Part shown: positions 16,069 to 25,161 of the stretch, piece by piece
How the letters are laid out: each line of letters begins with the position of its first letter
Position numbering within the stretch: position 1 is the first letter of the stretch
Assembly (NCBI GenBank): GCA_963762625.1
Contig: CAVXLB010000001.1
Span: 2,941,392 to 2,973,391 of the forward strand
Direction of reading: 5' to 3'
Length of the DNA stretch: 32,000 bases
Source of the DNA: an uncultured Actinomycetota bacterium
GTDB taxonomy: Bacteria > Actinomycetota > Actinomycetes > Mycobacteriales > Mycobacteriaceae
Notes under the pieces: generated by a model
What the model saw: only the letters and a program-made list of their open reading frames with translations
Databases searched by the model: none
Told to the model about the DNA's origin: nothing
Translations under genes and position numbers: made by a program

Positions 16069-16617
16069 ATGGCTATCGAGTCCACCATGCTCGCCCTCGG
16101 CACCCCCGCGCCGCCGTTCACCCTGCCCGAGCCCGCCACCGGCGGCACTGCCAGCCTCGACGATCTCACGGGCCCGGCGCTTGTCGTCGCCTTTATCTGT
16201 AACCACTGCCCCTATGTAAAACACGTCGCCGCCGGGCTCGCCGCGCTCGGCCGGGATCTCGCGGAACAGGGCGTCGCGATGGTCGGTATCTCGAGTAACG
16301 ACGTCGCCACCTACCCGCAGGACGGACCCGATGAGATGGTGGCCGAGGCCCGCCGGCACGGCTGGACGTTCCCCTACCTCTACGACGAGACCCAGGACGT
16401 CGCCCGCGCCTACTCCGCGGCCTGCACACCCGACACATTCGTCTTCGACGGCGAACGCCGACTCGTTTACCGCGGCCAGCTCGACAAATCCCGACCCAAG
16501 AACGACCTACCGGTGACGGCCGCTGACGTCCGGGCGGCGGTCGATGCCGTGCTCGCCGGACAGCCGGTCGACCCCGACCAGTGGCCGTCGATCGGGTGTG
16601 GCATCAAGTGGCGTTGA
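16069..16617 (+). CDS. Thioredoxin-fold thiol-disulfide oxidoreductase (AhpC/TSA-like)
   Basis: PPFTLPEP...ALVVAFICNHCPYVKH contains a CxxC motif. TPDTFVFDGERRLVYRGQLD is also present. I chose ATG 16069; the upstream part of the 384-aa ORF overlaps the DUF1345 gene in another frame. Confidence 0.8.
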   Translation: MAIESTMLALGTPAPPFTLPEPATGGTASLDDLTGPALVVAFICNHCPYVKHVAAGLAALGRDLAEQGVAMVGISSNDVATYPQDGPDEMVAEARRHGWTFPYLYDETQDVARAYSAACTPDTFVFDGERRLVYRGQLDKSRPKNDLPVTAADVRAAVDAVLAGQPVDPDQWPSIGCGIKWR

Positions 16618-16648
16618 GCGGCGCCCACCCCGAGTCAGATTCGCGTCG

Positions 16649-17860
16649 ATGAAATTTGCGCTGGCCGGCTATGGAAGTCGCGGCGACATCGAGCCGTTGG
16701 CTGCCATCGGCCGGGAGCTGCTGCGCCGAGGGCACGACGTATGTATCGCGGTCCCGCCGAACATGCTGGGCTTCGTGGGATCGGCGGGCCTTACTGCGTT
16801 CCCCTTCGGGTCGGAGCCGCCGCGGCCGGGCGACAAGGATTTCGCCCTCAACAACCCGGTCCAGAATGCGATCGAACTGATGACCGAAGTCGTAGGGCAT
16901 GTCACCCAGGCCTGGGCGGAGTGGGGCACGACGCTGACGGAAGTGGCGAACGGGGCGGACCTGTTATTGACGGGCAAAGTCGAGCAGGGGCTAGCCGCCA
17001 ATGTCGCCGAGTACTACGGCATTCCGTTGGCGGCGCTGCAGTTCTTTCCCGAGGCGGAGACGGCCCTGGGCGGCTTGCTAGGGGGCATCACGCGGGAGGC
17101 TCAAGACGCCCAACGGCGTGCACTGGGCCTGCCGCAGGCATCCGGACCCTCGATGAGCCCCGCCCTGGAGATCCAGGCCTATGAAGAGCTGTGCTTTCCC
17201 GGGCTGGCAGCCGAACGGGCGGAACAGGGTGGGCTCGGGCCTTTGCGGCCCTTCGTCGGCGCGCTGACGCTGGAATTGCCGGGCGATGCCGACGACGAGG
17301 TCCTGTCGTGGATCGCCGCGGGGACACCACCCATCTACTTCGGATTTGGCAGCATGCCGATCCCGTCTCCGCCGGAGACGGTCGCCGTGATCAGCGCGGC
17401 GTGCATGCAGCTGGGTGAGCGGGCATTGGTGTGCAGTGGCTCGAATGACTTCAGTCGCGTCCCGCATTTCGACAACGTCAAGGTGGTGAGCACGGTGAAC
17501 CACGCGGCCGTCTTTCCCGCCTGCCTCGCGGTCGTCCACCATGGGGGCTGCGGCACCACGGCCGCGGCCATGCGGGCCGCAATCCCCACGTTGATCCTCT
17601 GGCACCATGTCGACGACCAGCCGATCTGGGCAGCTGCCGTCACCCGGCTGAAAGTCGGTTCTGGGCGCGCTTTTTCGGCCAGCACCCTGGATTCCCTGGT
17701 CGCGGATCTGCGCTTCATCCTCGCGCCCGAATGCGTTACCCGAGCCCGCGAGGTCGCGACCCAGATGACCAAACCCGCCGAGAGCGTCGCCCACGCCGCT
17801 GATCTCCTGGAAGAGGCGGTCCGGCTGGGGAGCACCGGCTTTACGAATAGGTTCGGCTGA
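16649..17860 (+). CDS. GT1-family (MGT/UDP-glycosyltransferase-like) glycosyltransferase, copy A
   Basis: MKFALAGYGSRGDIEPLAAIGRELLRRGHDV and the donor-binding motif VHHGGCGTTAAAMRAAIPTLI...DQPIWA. It resembles the Rv1524/Rv1526c type of M. tuberculosis, judged from memory of that sequence. Confidence 0.85.
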   Translation: MKFALAGYGSRGDIEPLAAIGRELLRRGHDVCIAVPPNMLGFVGSAGLTAFPFGSEPPRPGDKDFALNNPVQNAIELMTEVVGHVTQAWAEWGTTLTEVANGADLLLTGKVEQGLAANVAEYYGIPLAALQFFPEAETALGGLLGGITREAQDAQRRALGLPQASGPSMSPALEIQAYEELCFPGLAAERAEQGGLGPLRPFVGALTLELPGDADDEVLSWIAAGTPPIYFGFGSMPIPSPPETVAVISAACMQLGERALVCSGSNDFSRVPHFDNVKVVSTVNHAAVFPACLAVVHHGGCGTTAAAMRAAIPTLILWHHVDDQPIWAAAVTRLKVGSGRAFSASTLDSLVADLRFILAPECVTRAREVATQMTKPAESVAHAADLLEEAVRLGSTGFTNRFG

Positions 17861-19044
17861 TGAAAGTTGTGCTGGTCGGCTATGGGAGTCGCGGCGATAT
17901 CGAGCCGTTGGCTGCCACGGCTCGGGAACTGCTGCGCCGAGGTCACGACGTGCGCATGGCGGTGCCGCCCAACATGGTCGGTTTCGTCGAGCCGGTGGGG
18001 CTGACTGCGGTTGTCTACGGGCCGGACTCACGCGAGGCGATGAACCCGGCCATGAACTTCATGCGCGATTTGCCGGCGAAGATGCTGAATCCGGCCGGCA
18101 TGTTCACCGAAGTTGTCGAAAAGGTCAGCAGGGTCAAGGCGGAGAAGAGCTCGACGCTGGCGGAGCTGGCGAGCGGGGCCGACGTGCTATTGGCAGGCTT
18201 CAATGAGCAGGGGGTGGCAGCCAATGTTGCCGAGTATCACGGCATCCCACTGGCTGCGCTGCATTTTTTCCCCACGCGGATTTGGGCATCTGGGGAGCTG
18301 GCTCTGGGAGTAACGAAGCAGACTGATGACGCTCAACGTCCTGCTCTGGGTTTGCCGGAGGCGACCCAACGCTCGACGGCGCTGGAGATCCAGGCCTACG
18401 ACCAGCTCTGCTTGCCCGGGCCAGCTGCCGAATGGCTGGAACCGGATGGGCATCGACGCCCCTTCGTCGGCGCGCTGACGTTGGAGTTGCCGGGTGACGC
18501 CGACGACGAGGTGTTGTCGTGGATTGCTGAGGGAACGCCGCCGATCTACTTCGGCTTCGGCAGCACGCCGATCGCATCTCCCGCTGAGACGGTCGCCGTG
18601 ATCAGCGCGGCCTGTGCGCAGTTAGGTGAGCGGGCGTTGGTGTGCAGTGGCGCCAATGATTTCACCGACGTCCCGCATTTCGACAACGTCAAGGTTGTGG
18701 GCGCGGTGAAACACGCGGTCATTTTTCCGGCGTGCCGTGCGGTCGTCCACCATGGCGGCGCGGGCGCCACGGCCGCCGGCATACGGGCCGGAATCCCCAC
18801 GTTGATCCTCTGGTTCTGGCTCGATCAGCCGGTCTGGGCGGATGGGGTGACACGATTGGGAGTCGGCTGTGGGCGTGATTTCAATGCCAGCACCCTCGAT
18901 TCACTGGTGGCCGACCTACGCCGCATCCTCGCTCCGCAATATGCGATTCGAGCCCGCGAGGTCGCCGCCCAGATGACCAAATCCGCCGAAAGCGTTACCG
19001 GCGCTGCCGATCTCGTGGAAGAAGCCGCCCAGCTCGGGCGCTAG
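17860..19044 (+). CDS. GT1-family glycosyltransferase, copy B (tandem paralogue)
   Basis: MKVVLVGYGSRGDIEPLAATARELLRRGHDV...VHHGGAGATAAGIRAGIPTLI...DQPVWA. Its ATG overlaps the stop of copy A (TGATG). Confidence 0.85.
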   Translation: MKVVLVGYGSRGDIEPLAATARELLRRGHDVRMAVPPNMVGFVEPVGLTAVVYGPDSREAMNPAMNFMRDLPAKMLNPAGMFTEVVEKVSRVKAEKSSTLAELASGADVLLAGFNEQGVAANVAEYHGIPLAALHFFPTRIWASGELALGVTKQTDDAQRPALGLPEATQRSTALEIQAYDQLCLPGPAAEWLEPDGHRRPFVGALTLELPGDADDEVLSWIAEGTPPIYFGFGSTPIASPAETVAVISAACAQLGERALVCSGANDFTDVPHFDNVKVVGAVKHAVIFPACRAVVHHGGAGATAAGIRAGIPTLILWFWLDQPVWADGVTRLGVGCGRDFNASTLDSLVADLRRILAPQYAIRAREVAAQMTKSAESVTGAADLVEEAAQLGR

Positions 19045-19823
19045 GACTGATCGGCGCGGCGGGCGATCCGGTCGGCACGCCAACACCACGCGCGCATGGG
19101 GATGTCAATCGTGTCGGCTCCGGGGAAACGCGCTTCCAATACAGCTCGGGCATCGGCCAGCGCCCTCGCCCGGTCATCCGGAGACGCGATGATGGCCCTG
19201 CTGTAGGTCCCCAGCATCGCGACGACGTTGTCAACTGTCATCGTGCGCGAGAATTCGAATCCCTCGCGGGCAATCTTGTGGAAGATCTGCGGGTCCGGCA
19301 GCGCAAAGTCGAGGCGCCGCCGGAATCGGTCCGCCGATTCCGGCTCGGAGGTATCTCGGGCGCGCAGCACGTCGAGCTCACGCACCCAGTCCACCTCGCG
19401 ATCCCGGCTCGTCCAGATGAGCCCGAACCGGCCGCCGTCGCGCAGCACGCGACCGATCTCCGGAACGGCTCGTTCAGGATCCATCCAGTGCCATGCCGAC
19501 GAGACGAACACCGCGTCCGCGGCAGCGTCCGGCAGCGGAATCGATTCGCCTTGGCCCTCGACAACTCGGACTCCCGGGGAACGCGCGGCGAGCACCTCCC
19601 GCATCCGGGCATCGGGTTCGACGGCGATGACTTGCGCCGCCTTGTCCATCAGGGTGCGGGTGAACAGTCCGGTGCCCGCGCCGACGTCGACGGCCACCTC
19701 GCAGCCGGGCGGCACCAGCCAGTCCACCGCGTTCTGCGGGGCCCGTGGCCGCAGCTCGTTATAGTCCTCGGCGATCGATCCGAAGGACATGGCGCGCTCT
19801 TGCCGATCCGTCACGCCCGCCAC
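19041..19823 (-). CDS. Class I SAM-dependent methyltransferase
   Basis: VAVDVGAGTGLFT is motif I. VFVSSAWHWMD and LRDGGRFGLIW are also present. Start is GTG 19823 or ATG 19790. It converges on GT copy B with a 4-nt overlap. Confidence 0.8.
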   Translation of the reverse strand: MAGVTDRQERAMSFGSIAEDYNELRPRAPQNAVDWLVPPGCEVAVDVGAGTGLFTRTLMDKAAQVIAVEPDARMREVLAARSPGVRVVEGQGESIPLPDAAADAVFVSSAWHWMDPERAVPEIGRVLRDGGRFGLIWTSRDREVDWVRELDVLRARDTSEPESADRFRRRLDFALPDPQIFHKIAREGFEFSRTMTVDNVVAMLGTYSRAIIASPDDRARALADARAVLEARFPGADTIDIPMRAWCWRADRIARRADQS

Positions 19824-19900
19824 AGTAGTCGGGCTCCCTAAGTAGCCCGCCGGGCCGCGATTACCAGATATTCTCTTTGCGGCGAACGGACGGAGGCGTG

Positions 19901-20794
19901 ATGTTCAAACAACAGCAAGCCGACAAGATGAGGTCGGGCAAGGGCTTTATCGCCGCACTCGATCAGAGTGGCGGCTCGACGCCCAAGGCGCTGCTGCAGT
20001 ACGGCATCGAGGAAAGTGCGTATTCCTCCGATCAGCAGATGTTCGACCTCATCCATCAGATGCGGTCGCGGATCATCACTTCCCCGGTGTTCAATGGCGA
20101 CCGGATACTGGCCGCGATCCTCTTCGAGCAGACCATGGATCGCGCAATCGACGGTGAGCCGTCGGCGAGCTTCCTATGGGAGCGCAAGGGCATCGTGCCG
20201 ATCCTGAAGATCGACAAGGGTTTGACCGACGTCGCCGACGGGGTTCAGCTGATGAAACCGATACCTGGTCTGGACGACCTGCTGGTCCGCGCCGTACAGC
20301 ACGGGATTTTCGGCACCAAGGAGCGTTCGGTGATCGGCGCCGCGAGCCCCGGTGGCATCAAAGCCATCATCGACCAGCAGTTTGAGTTAGCGGACCAGGT
20401 CCTCTCGTACGGGCTGATCCCGATCCTGGAACCCGAGGTCACCATCTCGATACCCGATAAGGCACAGGCCGAGGTCATCCTGCGCGATGTCATTACTACT
20501 CACCTCGACGACATCCCGGTCGGCACGCAGGTGATGCTCAAGCTTTCGCTGCCCACGGTCGCCAATTACTACTGGCCGCTGATCGAACATCCCAAGGTGA
20601 TGCGCGTCGTGGCGCTGTCGGGTGGTTACTCGCGTGCCGAGGCCGACGCGTTGCTGGCCCAGAACACCGGGTTGATCGCCAGCTTCAGCCGCGCGCTTAC
20701 CGAGGGGTTGTCGGCCGGGCAATCCGACGCGGAGTTCAACGCGACACTCGACGGCGCGATCCAGTCCATTTACGAGGCCTCGACAGCCGGTTGA
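19901..20794 (+). CDS. Class I fructose-bisphosphate aldolase
   Basis: GKGFIAALDQSGGSTPKALLQYGI...ILFEQTM...ILKIDKGL...ILEPEV follows the class I Fda-type pattern. ATG 19901 is preceded by GGACGGAGG. Confidence 0.85.
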   Translation: MFKQQQADKMRSGKGFIAALDQSGGSTPKALLQYGIEESAYSSDQQMFDLIHQMRSRIITSPVFNGDRILAAILFEQTMDRAIDGEPSASFLWERKGIVPILKIDKGLTDVADGVQLMKPIPGLDDLLVRAVQHGIFGTKERSVIGAASPGGIKAIIDQQFELADQVLSYGLIPILEPEVTISIPDKAQAEVILRDVITTHLDDIPVGTQVMLKLSLPTVANYYWPLIEHPKVMRVVALSGGYSRAEADALLAQNTGLIASFSRALTEGLSAGQSDAEFNATLDGAIQSIYEASTAG

Positions 20795-20839
20795 GAAGCC
20801 GACCGATGCACCTTTAGCTCGGTAACAATCTTCGGTGAA

Positions 20840-20853
20840 GCCGTTGCAACGGC
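20840..20853. promoter_or_regulatory. Perfect 14-bp palindrome GCCGTTGCAACGGC between the aldolase gene and the Mrr-like gene
   Basis: It extends to a 20-bp near-palindrome at 20837-20856. It lies 46 nt after the aldolase stop and 47 nt before ATG 20900, so it could be a terminator hairpin or an operator. Confidence 0.4.
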
Positions 20854-20899
20854 CTCGACGTCGCACCACTTGTCATTGGTCACCGTTACCGTTCGGGTT

Positions 20900-21955
20900 A
20901 TGCAGTTGGACCGAGCGGCGCGGGGCGGCCTGATTTGGGTTGGGCTGTGGGGCGTCGTTTTCTTGGGAATGGTGATCAACGCGGCGGTCAACCATTACCC
21001 GCTCGGTGCATATATTTTCGCCGCTGTTTTCGTTGTCAGCGTCTGCTGGTGGTACGGCAATTTAAGTGACCGCGCCCGCGAACGAGAACGCGAAGAAGCA
21101 TTGAGGGCGTCGGGATTCGATCACATTGACCGGATGACCGGCGTCGAGTTCGAGGAATACTTCGCAGCCGTCCTCAGGGGCCTCGGTCATGAAGTGACGA
21201 TGACGAGGACCACCGGCGACTTTGGTGTTGATTTGATAGCTATCAAGGATGGAAAGCGCACGGCTGTCCAGTGCAAGCGAAAGGGCGGCGGTGCGGTCGG
21301 CGGTGTAGCCGTTCAACAGGTCGTTGCCGGGGCGCCTATGCACGGCTGCGGCGCGACAATGGTGGTCACGAACAATGTGTTCACCCGTGCGGCTCAACAA
21401 CTCGCAGCGGTGCACAGCTGCGAACTAGTCGATAGATGGCAGTTGAAGCGGCTTGTGCTCGACGCCAGCACGCACACGTTATCCCGCAGAGCCGCAGCCG
21501 GGTCGGCGCCGTCCGCCCGTCCCACCTCGACCGAGGCCGATTCCGACCTGTGCACGGGGGTCAACGGATTAGAGAAAAGAGGTGAAGATTTCTATCGGAG
21601 TTGTCGGCGTTTGATGCGCACCGACGGAGAATCCGTTGTGGCTGCGCAACTTTTGAGCAGGCAGCTTCGAACGCTGGCGACGGTCGGGGCACCGCCGGGT
21701 CAGACAGACGGCTCTGCTGCGATCGACGCGGCCAGTCCTGAAGTGCGGTTGCCGCTGGTCAAGGTGGTTCGCGCCGCGGATCGCCTCGCACAGCGTTTCG
21801 CCGACATCGCGACTGGCTCGCCGGCTTCCGGCGTGGACCGCGAGTTGACCGCGTTGATCGATTCGTTCAGCGACGCATTGATGGCTTGCGCACGGGCCGG
21901 GCATGCTCCGGCCTGGTTCAATCCGGACGACCTGCTCAATACGACCAATCCTTAG
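20900..21955 (+). CDS. Membrane-anchored Mrr_cat-type (PD-(D/E)xK) restriction-endonuclease-like protein with an unassigned C-terminal region
   Basis: Two N-terminal TM helices (LIWVGLWGVVFLGMVI, IFAAVFVVSVCWW). They are followed by MTGVEFEEYFAAVLRGLGHEV...GDFGVDLIAIKDGKRTAVQCKR...VGGVAVQQVV, the Mrr D...QxK core. About 170 further residues match no motif I recognise. Start may instead be TTG 20870. Confidence 0.75.
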   Translation: MQLDRAARGGLIWVGLWGVVFLGMVINAAVNHYPLGAYIFAAVFVVSVCWWYGNLSDRAREREREEALRASGFDHIDRMTGVEFEEYFAAVLRGLGHEVTMTRTTGDFGVDLIAIKDGKRTAVQCKRKGGGAVGGVAVQQVVAGAPMHGCGATMVVTNNVFTRAAQQLAAVHSCELVDRWQLKRLVLDASTHTLSRRAAAGSAPSARPTSTEADSDLCTGVNGLEKRGEDFYRSCRRLMRTDGESVVAAQLLSRQLRTLATVGAPPGQTDGSAAIDAASPEVRLPLVKVVRAADRLAQRFADIATGSPASGVDRELTALIDSFSDALMACARAGHAPAWFNPDDLLNTTNP

Positions 21956-22881
21956 TCCAGAAACACATCCGTCGGTGCACGGTTCATCGGGGATTCGTCC
22001 TCCGTCGCCAAACTGTGCGAATCGGGCGCCTGGCCGCGAGCTAGTGCGACGGTGGCCGCCACCATCGCCAAGACCGCCGCTACCAGCACCAGTGCCGCCG
22101 ACCTGTGCACCGCCAGGTGTTCACCCAGCACGATGACTCCCAGCAGCACCGCCACAACCGGCTCACCGACCAACATGATGGGCACTGACGCTTGCAGCGC
22201 ACCGGCATGGAATGCGGAGTTCTGCACCACGGTCACCGTCACCGCGAGCCCGACCAGGAGGTAAGGAGCGGGGACCGTGAGGAGTTCATGTAATCCGCCG
22301 ACGGCGAATCGGTGCGTGCAGATCTTCGTCACGACGGCGATCATGCCCAGCAGGACCGCGACGGCTACCGCCAGCAGCATTGCGCGTGCGCGGCCGATGA
22401 CGCGCTTCGCTGCGGCGACGCAGGCGAACACCACCGGCACGGTAACGGCCAACGCCAGGGTCCACGCCGGTATGGGAGGGCGATTGTGGCCCTCGCGGGG
22501 TTGCCCCACGAGCACGAAAACCGCCAGTGCCGCCGTCAAGAGGATGGCCCAGCCCCATTCGGCCCGAGTGATCCGTTGGTGGCAAATCCTCGCGCTCAAC
22601 GGCAACGCGAACAGTAGAGACGACACCAGCAGCGGCTGGACCAGCAGCAAAGATCCGTGCGCCAACGCCAGGGCCTGAAACACGTAACCGGCAATCGCGG
22701 CGAGAGTCCCGGCCCACCACAGCGGTTGGCGAACCACCGACGTCGCCATGGCGCTGGACATGGCTTGACCGGCCGGCACGTCTTGGGCGACCCGTTGCCG
22801 GACGACGATGCCCACTGCGGCCCAGAATGCGGCCAACAACCCGGAGAAGATCGCGACCGCGTGTACTGACACCCACCCCAT
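21952..22881 (-). CDS. DMT-superfamily (EamA-like) membrane transporter
   Basis: About 10 TM helices in two similar halves, with a hydrophilic C-terminal tail. Confidence 0.7.
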   Translation of the reverse strand: MGWVSVHAVAIFSGLLAAFWAAVGIVVRQRVAQDVPAGQAMSSAMATSVVRQPLWWAGTLAAIAGYVFQALALAHGSLLLVQPLLVSSLLFALPLSARICHQRITRAEWGWAILLTAALAVFVLVGQPREGHNRPPIPAWTLALAVTVPVVFACVAAAKRVIGRARAMLLAVAVAVLLGMIAVVTKICTHRFAVGGLHELLTVPAPYLLVGLAVTVTVVQNSAFHAGALQASVPIMLVGEPVVAVLLGVIVLGEHLAVHRSAALVLVAAVLAMVAATVALARGQAPDSHSLATEDESPMNRAPTDVFLD

Positions 22882-23027
22882 GTTCGTAGCTGATACCCGG
22901 TATTCCGGTGGGCTAACGCGGTGTGAGTCAATCGACTCGCTCCCGTGCCGCGCCCACCACGCGGGGCTCTACGCTGAGCATGTCAACGCCGCTGGCGATC
23001 CGGCGTCCTCGATTGAAGGGAAGTCAG

Positions 23028-23648
23028 GTGTCCATTGCTCAGCGCGAGCGTGCAGCCCTCGTCCAAACCATGCGTGCCACTGGGCCGGAGGCGCCCACAC
23101 TGTGCGATGGGTGGAACGTGCGCGACCTGGCGGCCCACCTGATGATCCGGGAGTACCGCCTCGACGCTTCGCCGGGCATCCTCATCCCGTACTTCGCCGG
23201 CCACACCGAAAAGGTGCAAAACGACGTCGCCCAGCACACCGACTGGGACGAATTGCTGCACAAGGTTGCGTCCGGTCCGCCGGTCTATTCACCACTTAAG
23301 CTGCTCGACCCAGTGGCCAATGTCGGCGAGATGTTCATCCATCACGAGGACGTGCGCCGCGCCCAGCCGGACTGGGAGCCGCGCGTCCTTGAACCCGCGC
23401 TGGCCAACTCGCTGCGCCGCTCGCTTCCACTGATGGGCCGGATGACGCTGGGGAAGGTCCCCGGCCGAGTGGCATTGCGCACCACAGACGGCAAGACGGT
23501 GCTGACCGTCGGCCGCGGTCCCGCCGTCACCGTGACCGGAGCGCCCGAGGAACTGCTGCTGTTCTCCGCCGGGCGAACGGCCCGAGTCGAATTCGACGGT
23601 GATGGGGCGGCGGTGGAAGCGGTCCGCGACGCGCCTAAGGGGTTGTAG
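23028..23648 (+). CDS. DinB/MDMPI-like protein (mycothiol-dependent maleylpyruvate isomerase N-terminal domain type, TIGR03085-like)
   Basis: ERAALVQTMRATGPEAPTLCDGWNVRDLAAHLMIRE...FIHHEDVRRA. GTG 23028 is preceded by GAAGGGA. Confidence 0.7.
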   Translation: MSIAQRERAALVQTMRATGPEAPTLCDGWNVRDLAAHLMIREYRLDASPGILIPYFAGHTEKVQNDVAQHTDWDELLHKVASGPPVYSPLKLLDPVANVGEMFIHHEDVRRAQPDWEPRVLEPALANSLRRSLPLMGRMTLGKVPGRVALRTTDGKTVLTVGRGPAVTVTGAPEELLLFSAGRTARVEFDGDGAAVEAVRDAPKGL

Positions 23649-23652
23649 CCGG

Positions 23653-24651
23653 ATGCCCCGGGTGGCAATCCTCGACGACTACGCCGGGTTGGCCCTCGAC
23701 CTCGCCGACTGGTCGCCAGTGCAGACCCGATCCGACGTAACAGTTTTCGACCGGCATCTCTCCGAGGCGGAGGCCGTGGACGCACTACGGCCATTCGACG
23801 TAGTCTGCACTGTGCGCGAGCGGATGGCGCTCCCCCGCACGCTCATCGAGCGGTTGCCGAATCTGAAACTGATCACCATCGTCGGCAAGAGCCTGCCAAA
23901 TTTGGACATGGCTGCGGCCACCGAGCGCGGCGTCCTCGTCGCCCACTCGAACTTCGCGAATCCTCGATTCAGCTCGATCCGGGACGCCACCCCAGAACTC
24001 GCCTGGGGGCTGATGATCGCGACGGTGCGCAATCTGGCCGAAGAACACCGGCGCATGCGCGACGGCGGGTGGCAGAGCACCACGGGTCTGACGTTGTCCG
24101 GCAAAACGCTCGGGCTTCTCGGTCTCGGCAGGATCGGCAGACGCATGACCGAATACGCGAAAGTGTTTGGCATGCAAGTCATTGCGTGGAGCCAGAATCT
24201 CACCGAGGAGGCGGCGACGGCGGTCGGCGCTCGCCGGGTCGACAAGGCGACGCTCTTCGAACAATCCGACGTGGTCTCCATCCATCTGGTGCTTTCGGAG
24301 CGCACGCGCGGTCTGGTCGCCGGACCAGAGCTGGCCCTGATGAAGCCAGACGCCTACTTGATCAACACGTCCAGGGGCCCGATCGTCGATGAGGCCGCTC
24401 TGATCACGGCGCTAAGGACTCGGCGTATCGCGGGTGCCGGGCTTGACGTCTTTGACATCGAGCCGCCTGCGCCCGATCACCCGTTGCGACTTCTCCCGAA
24501 TGTGACGTTGTCTCCACATCTGGGATATGTCACCCGCGAAATGCTGGGCGCCTTCTACTCGGACACTGTGGAAGCCGTGTTGGCGTGGCTGAACGGGACG
24601 CCCATTCGGATAGCCAACCCCGAGGCACTGCAGCGGCCGGATATCAGTTAG
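23653..24651 (+). CDS. D-isomer-specific 2-hydroxyacid dehydrogenase (NAD-binding)
   Basis: GKTLGLLGLGRIGRRM is the GxGxxG motif. NTSRGPIVDE and TLSPHLGY supply the Arg/Glu/His catalytic pattern. Confidence 0.85.
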   Translation: MPRVAILDDYAGLALDLADWSPVQTRSDVTVFDRHLSEAEAVDALRPFDVVCTVRERMALPRTLIERLPNLKLITIVGKSLPNLDMAAATERGVLVAHSNFANPRFSSIRDATPELAWGLMIATVRNLAEEHRRMRDGGWQSTTGLTLSGKTLGLLGLGRIGRRMTEYAKVFGMQVIAWSQNLTEEAATAVGARRVDKATLFEQSDVVSIHLVLSERTRGLVAGPELALMKPDAYLINTSRGPIVDEAALITALRTRRIAGAGLDVFDIEPPAPDHPLRLLPNVTLSPHLGYVTREMLGAFYSDTVEAVLAWLNGTPIRIANPEALQRPDIS

Positions 24652-24989
24652 CTGGCGCAATAAGTCGATTCCGCGGCACTGACCATGGATGTGACGTCCG
24701 CGAATGAGATGCCTTTCGGGCCCAAAGTGGAGTGGATGTCCGAGGCAATCGCGTCAGGTGTTTTGCCGTCCGTGCGGTCGGTGCAGATTTGTTTACCCAT
24801 CGCGACGATGTCGGAGTCATCAGCCGCCGGCCACGTGAAGCCCAGACTGTGCATTTTCCCGAGGAAAGTGTCGTCGGTGCTGTCGGCAAATGCAATCGCA
24901 TTGCTAGTCATTAAGGCGGCGCCAACCATCATGGGGATCGTAAGTCTGGTCAGCCAGCGGCGTGAAGACATATTGTGCCCTTTCTTCAT
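24648..24989 (-). CDS. DUF732 family secreted protein
   Basis: Signal peptide then ADSTDDTFLGKMHSLGF...GKQICTD...STYC. Confidence 0.8.
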   Translation of the reverse strand: MKKGHNMSSRRWLTRLTIPMMVGAALMTSNAIAFADSTDDTFLGKMHSLGFTWPAADDSDIVAMGKQICTDRTDGKTPDAIASDIHSTLGPKGISFADVTSMVSAAESTYCAS

Positions 24990-25161
24990 GGTTTTGAGAC
25001 GCCGTCAGTATGGTCCTTATAAGCGCAAAAGCACACTGAATAGATAAAGCTATCGGACCAGTCCGTCGATGATGATCTGGACGAGTCGACCGGTTACGTG
25101 TTCGTCGGTGGGTTGGCGGGTCAGCAGCTGCCGGAAATGCAGTGGTGCGACGACGAGTTCG

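Noticed and set aside
17078-18031. 317-aa and 203-aa minus-strand ORFs across the GT-A/GT-B junction
   Set aside because: They are antisense to two clearly homologous glycosyltransferase genes. They show no motif and have typical shadow-ORF composition.
16649-19823. Calling the GT-GT-methyltransferase group a phenolic glycolipid or glycopeptidolipid biosynthesis locus
   Set aside because: No pks, mps, fad or sugar-activation genes are adjacent. The similarity is only at the GT1 and methyltransferase family level, so the substrate cannot be named.
19901-22881. Treating aldolase + Mrr-like nuclease + DMT transporter as one operon or system
   Set aside because: The transporter is on the opposite strand. 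The aldolase and nuclease genes are separated by about 105 nt containing a palindrome. There is no functional logic or partner gene such as a methylase, ATPase or helicase.
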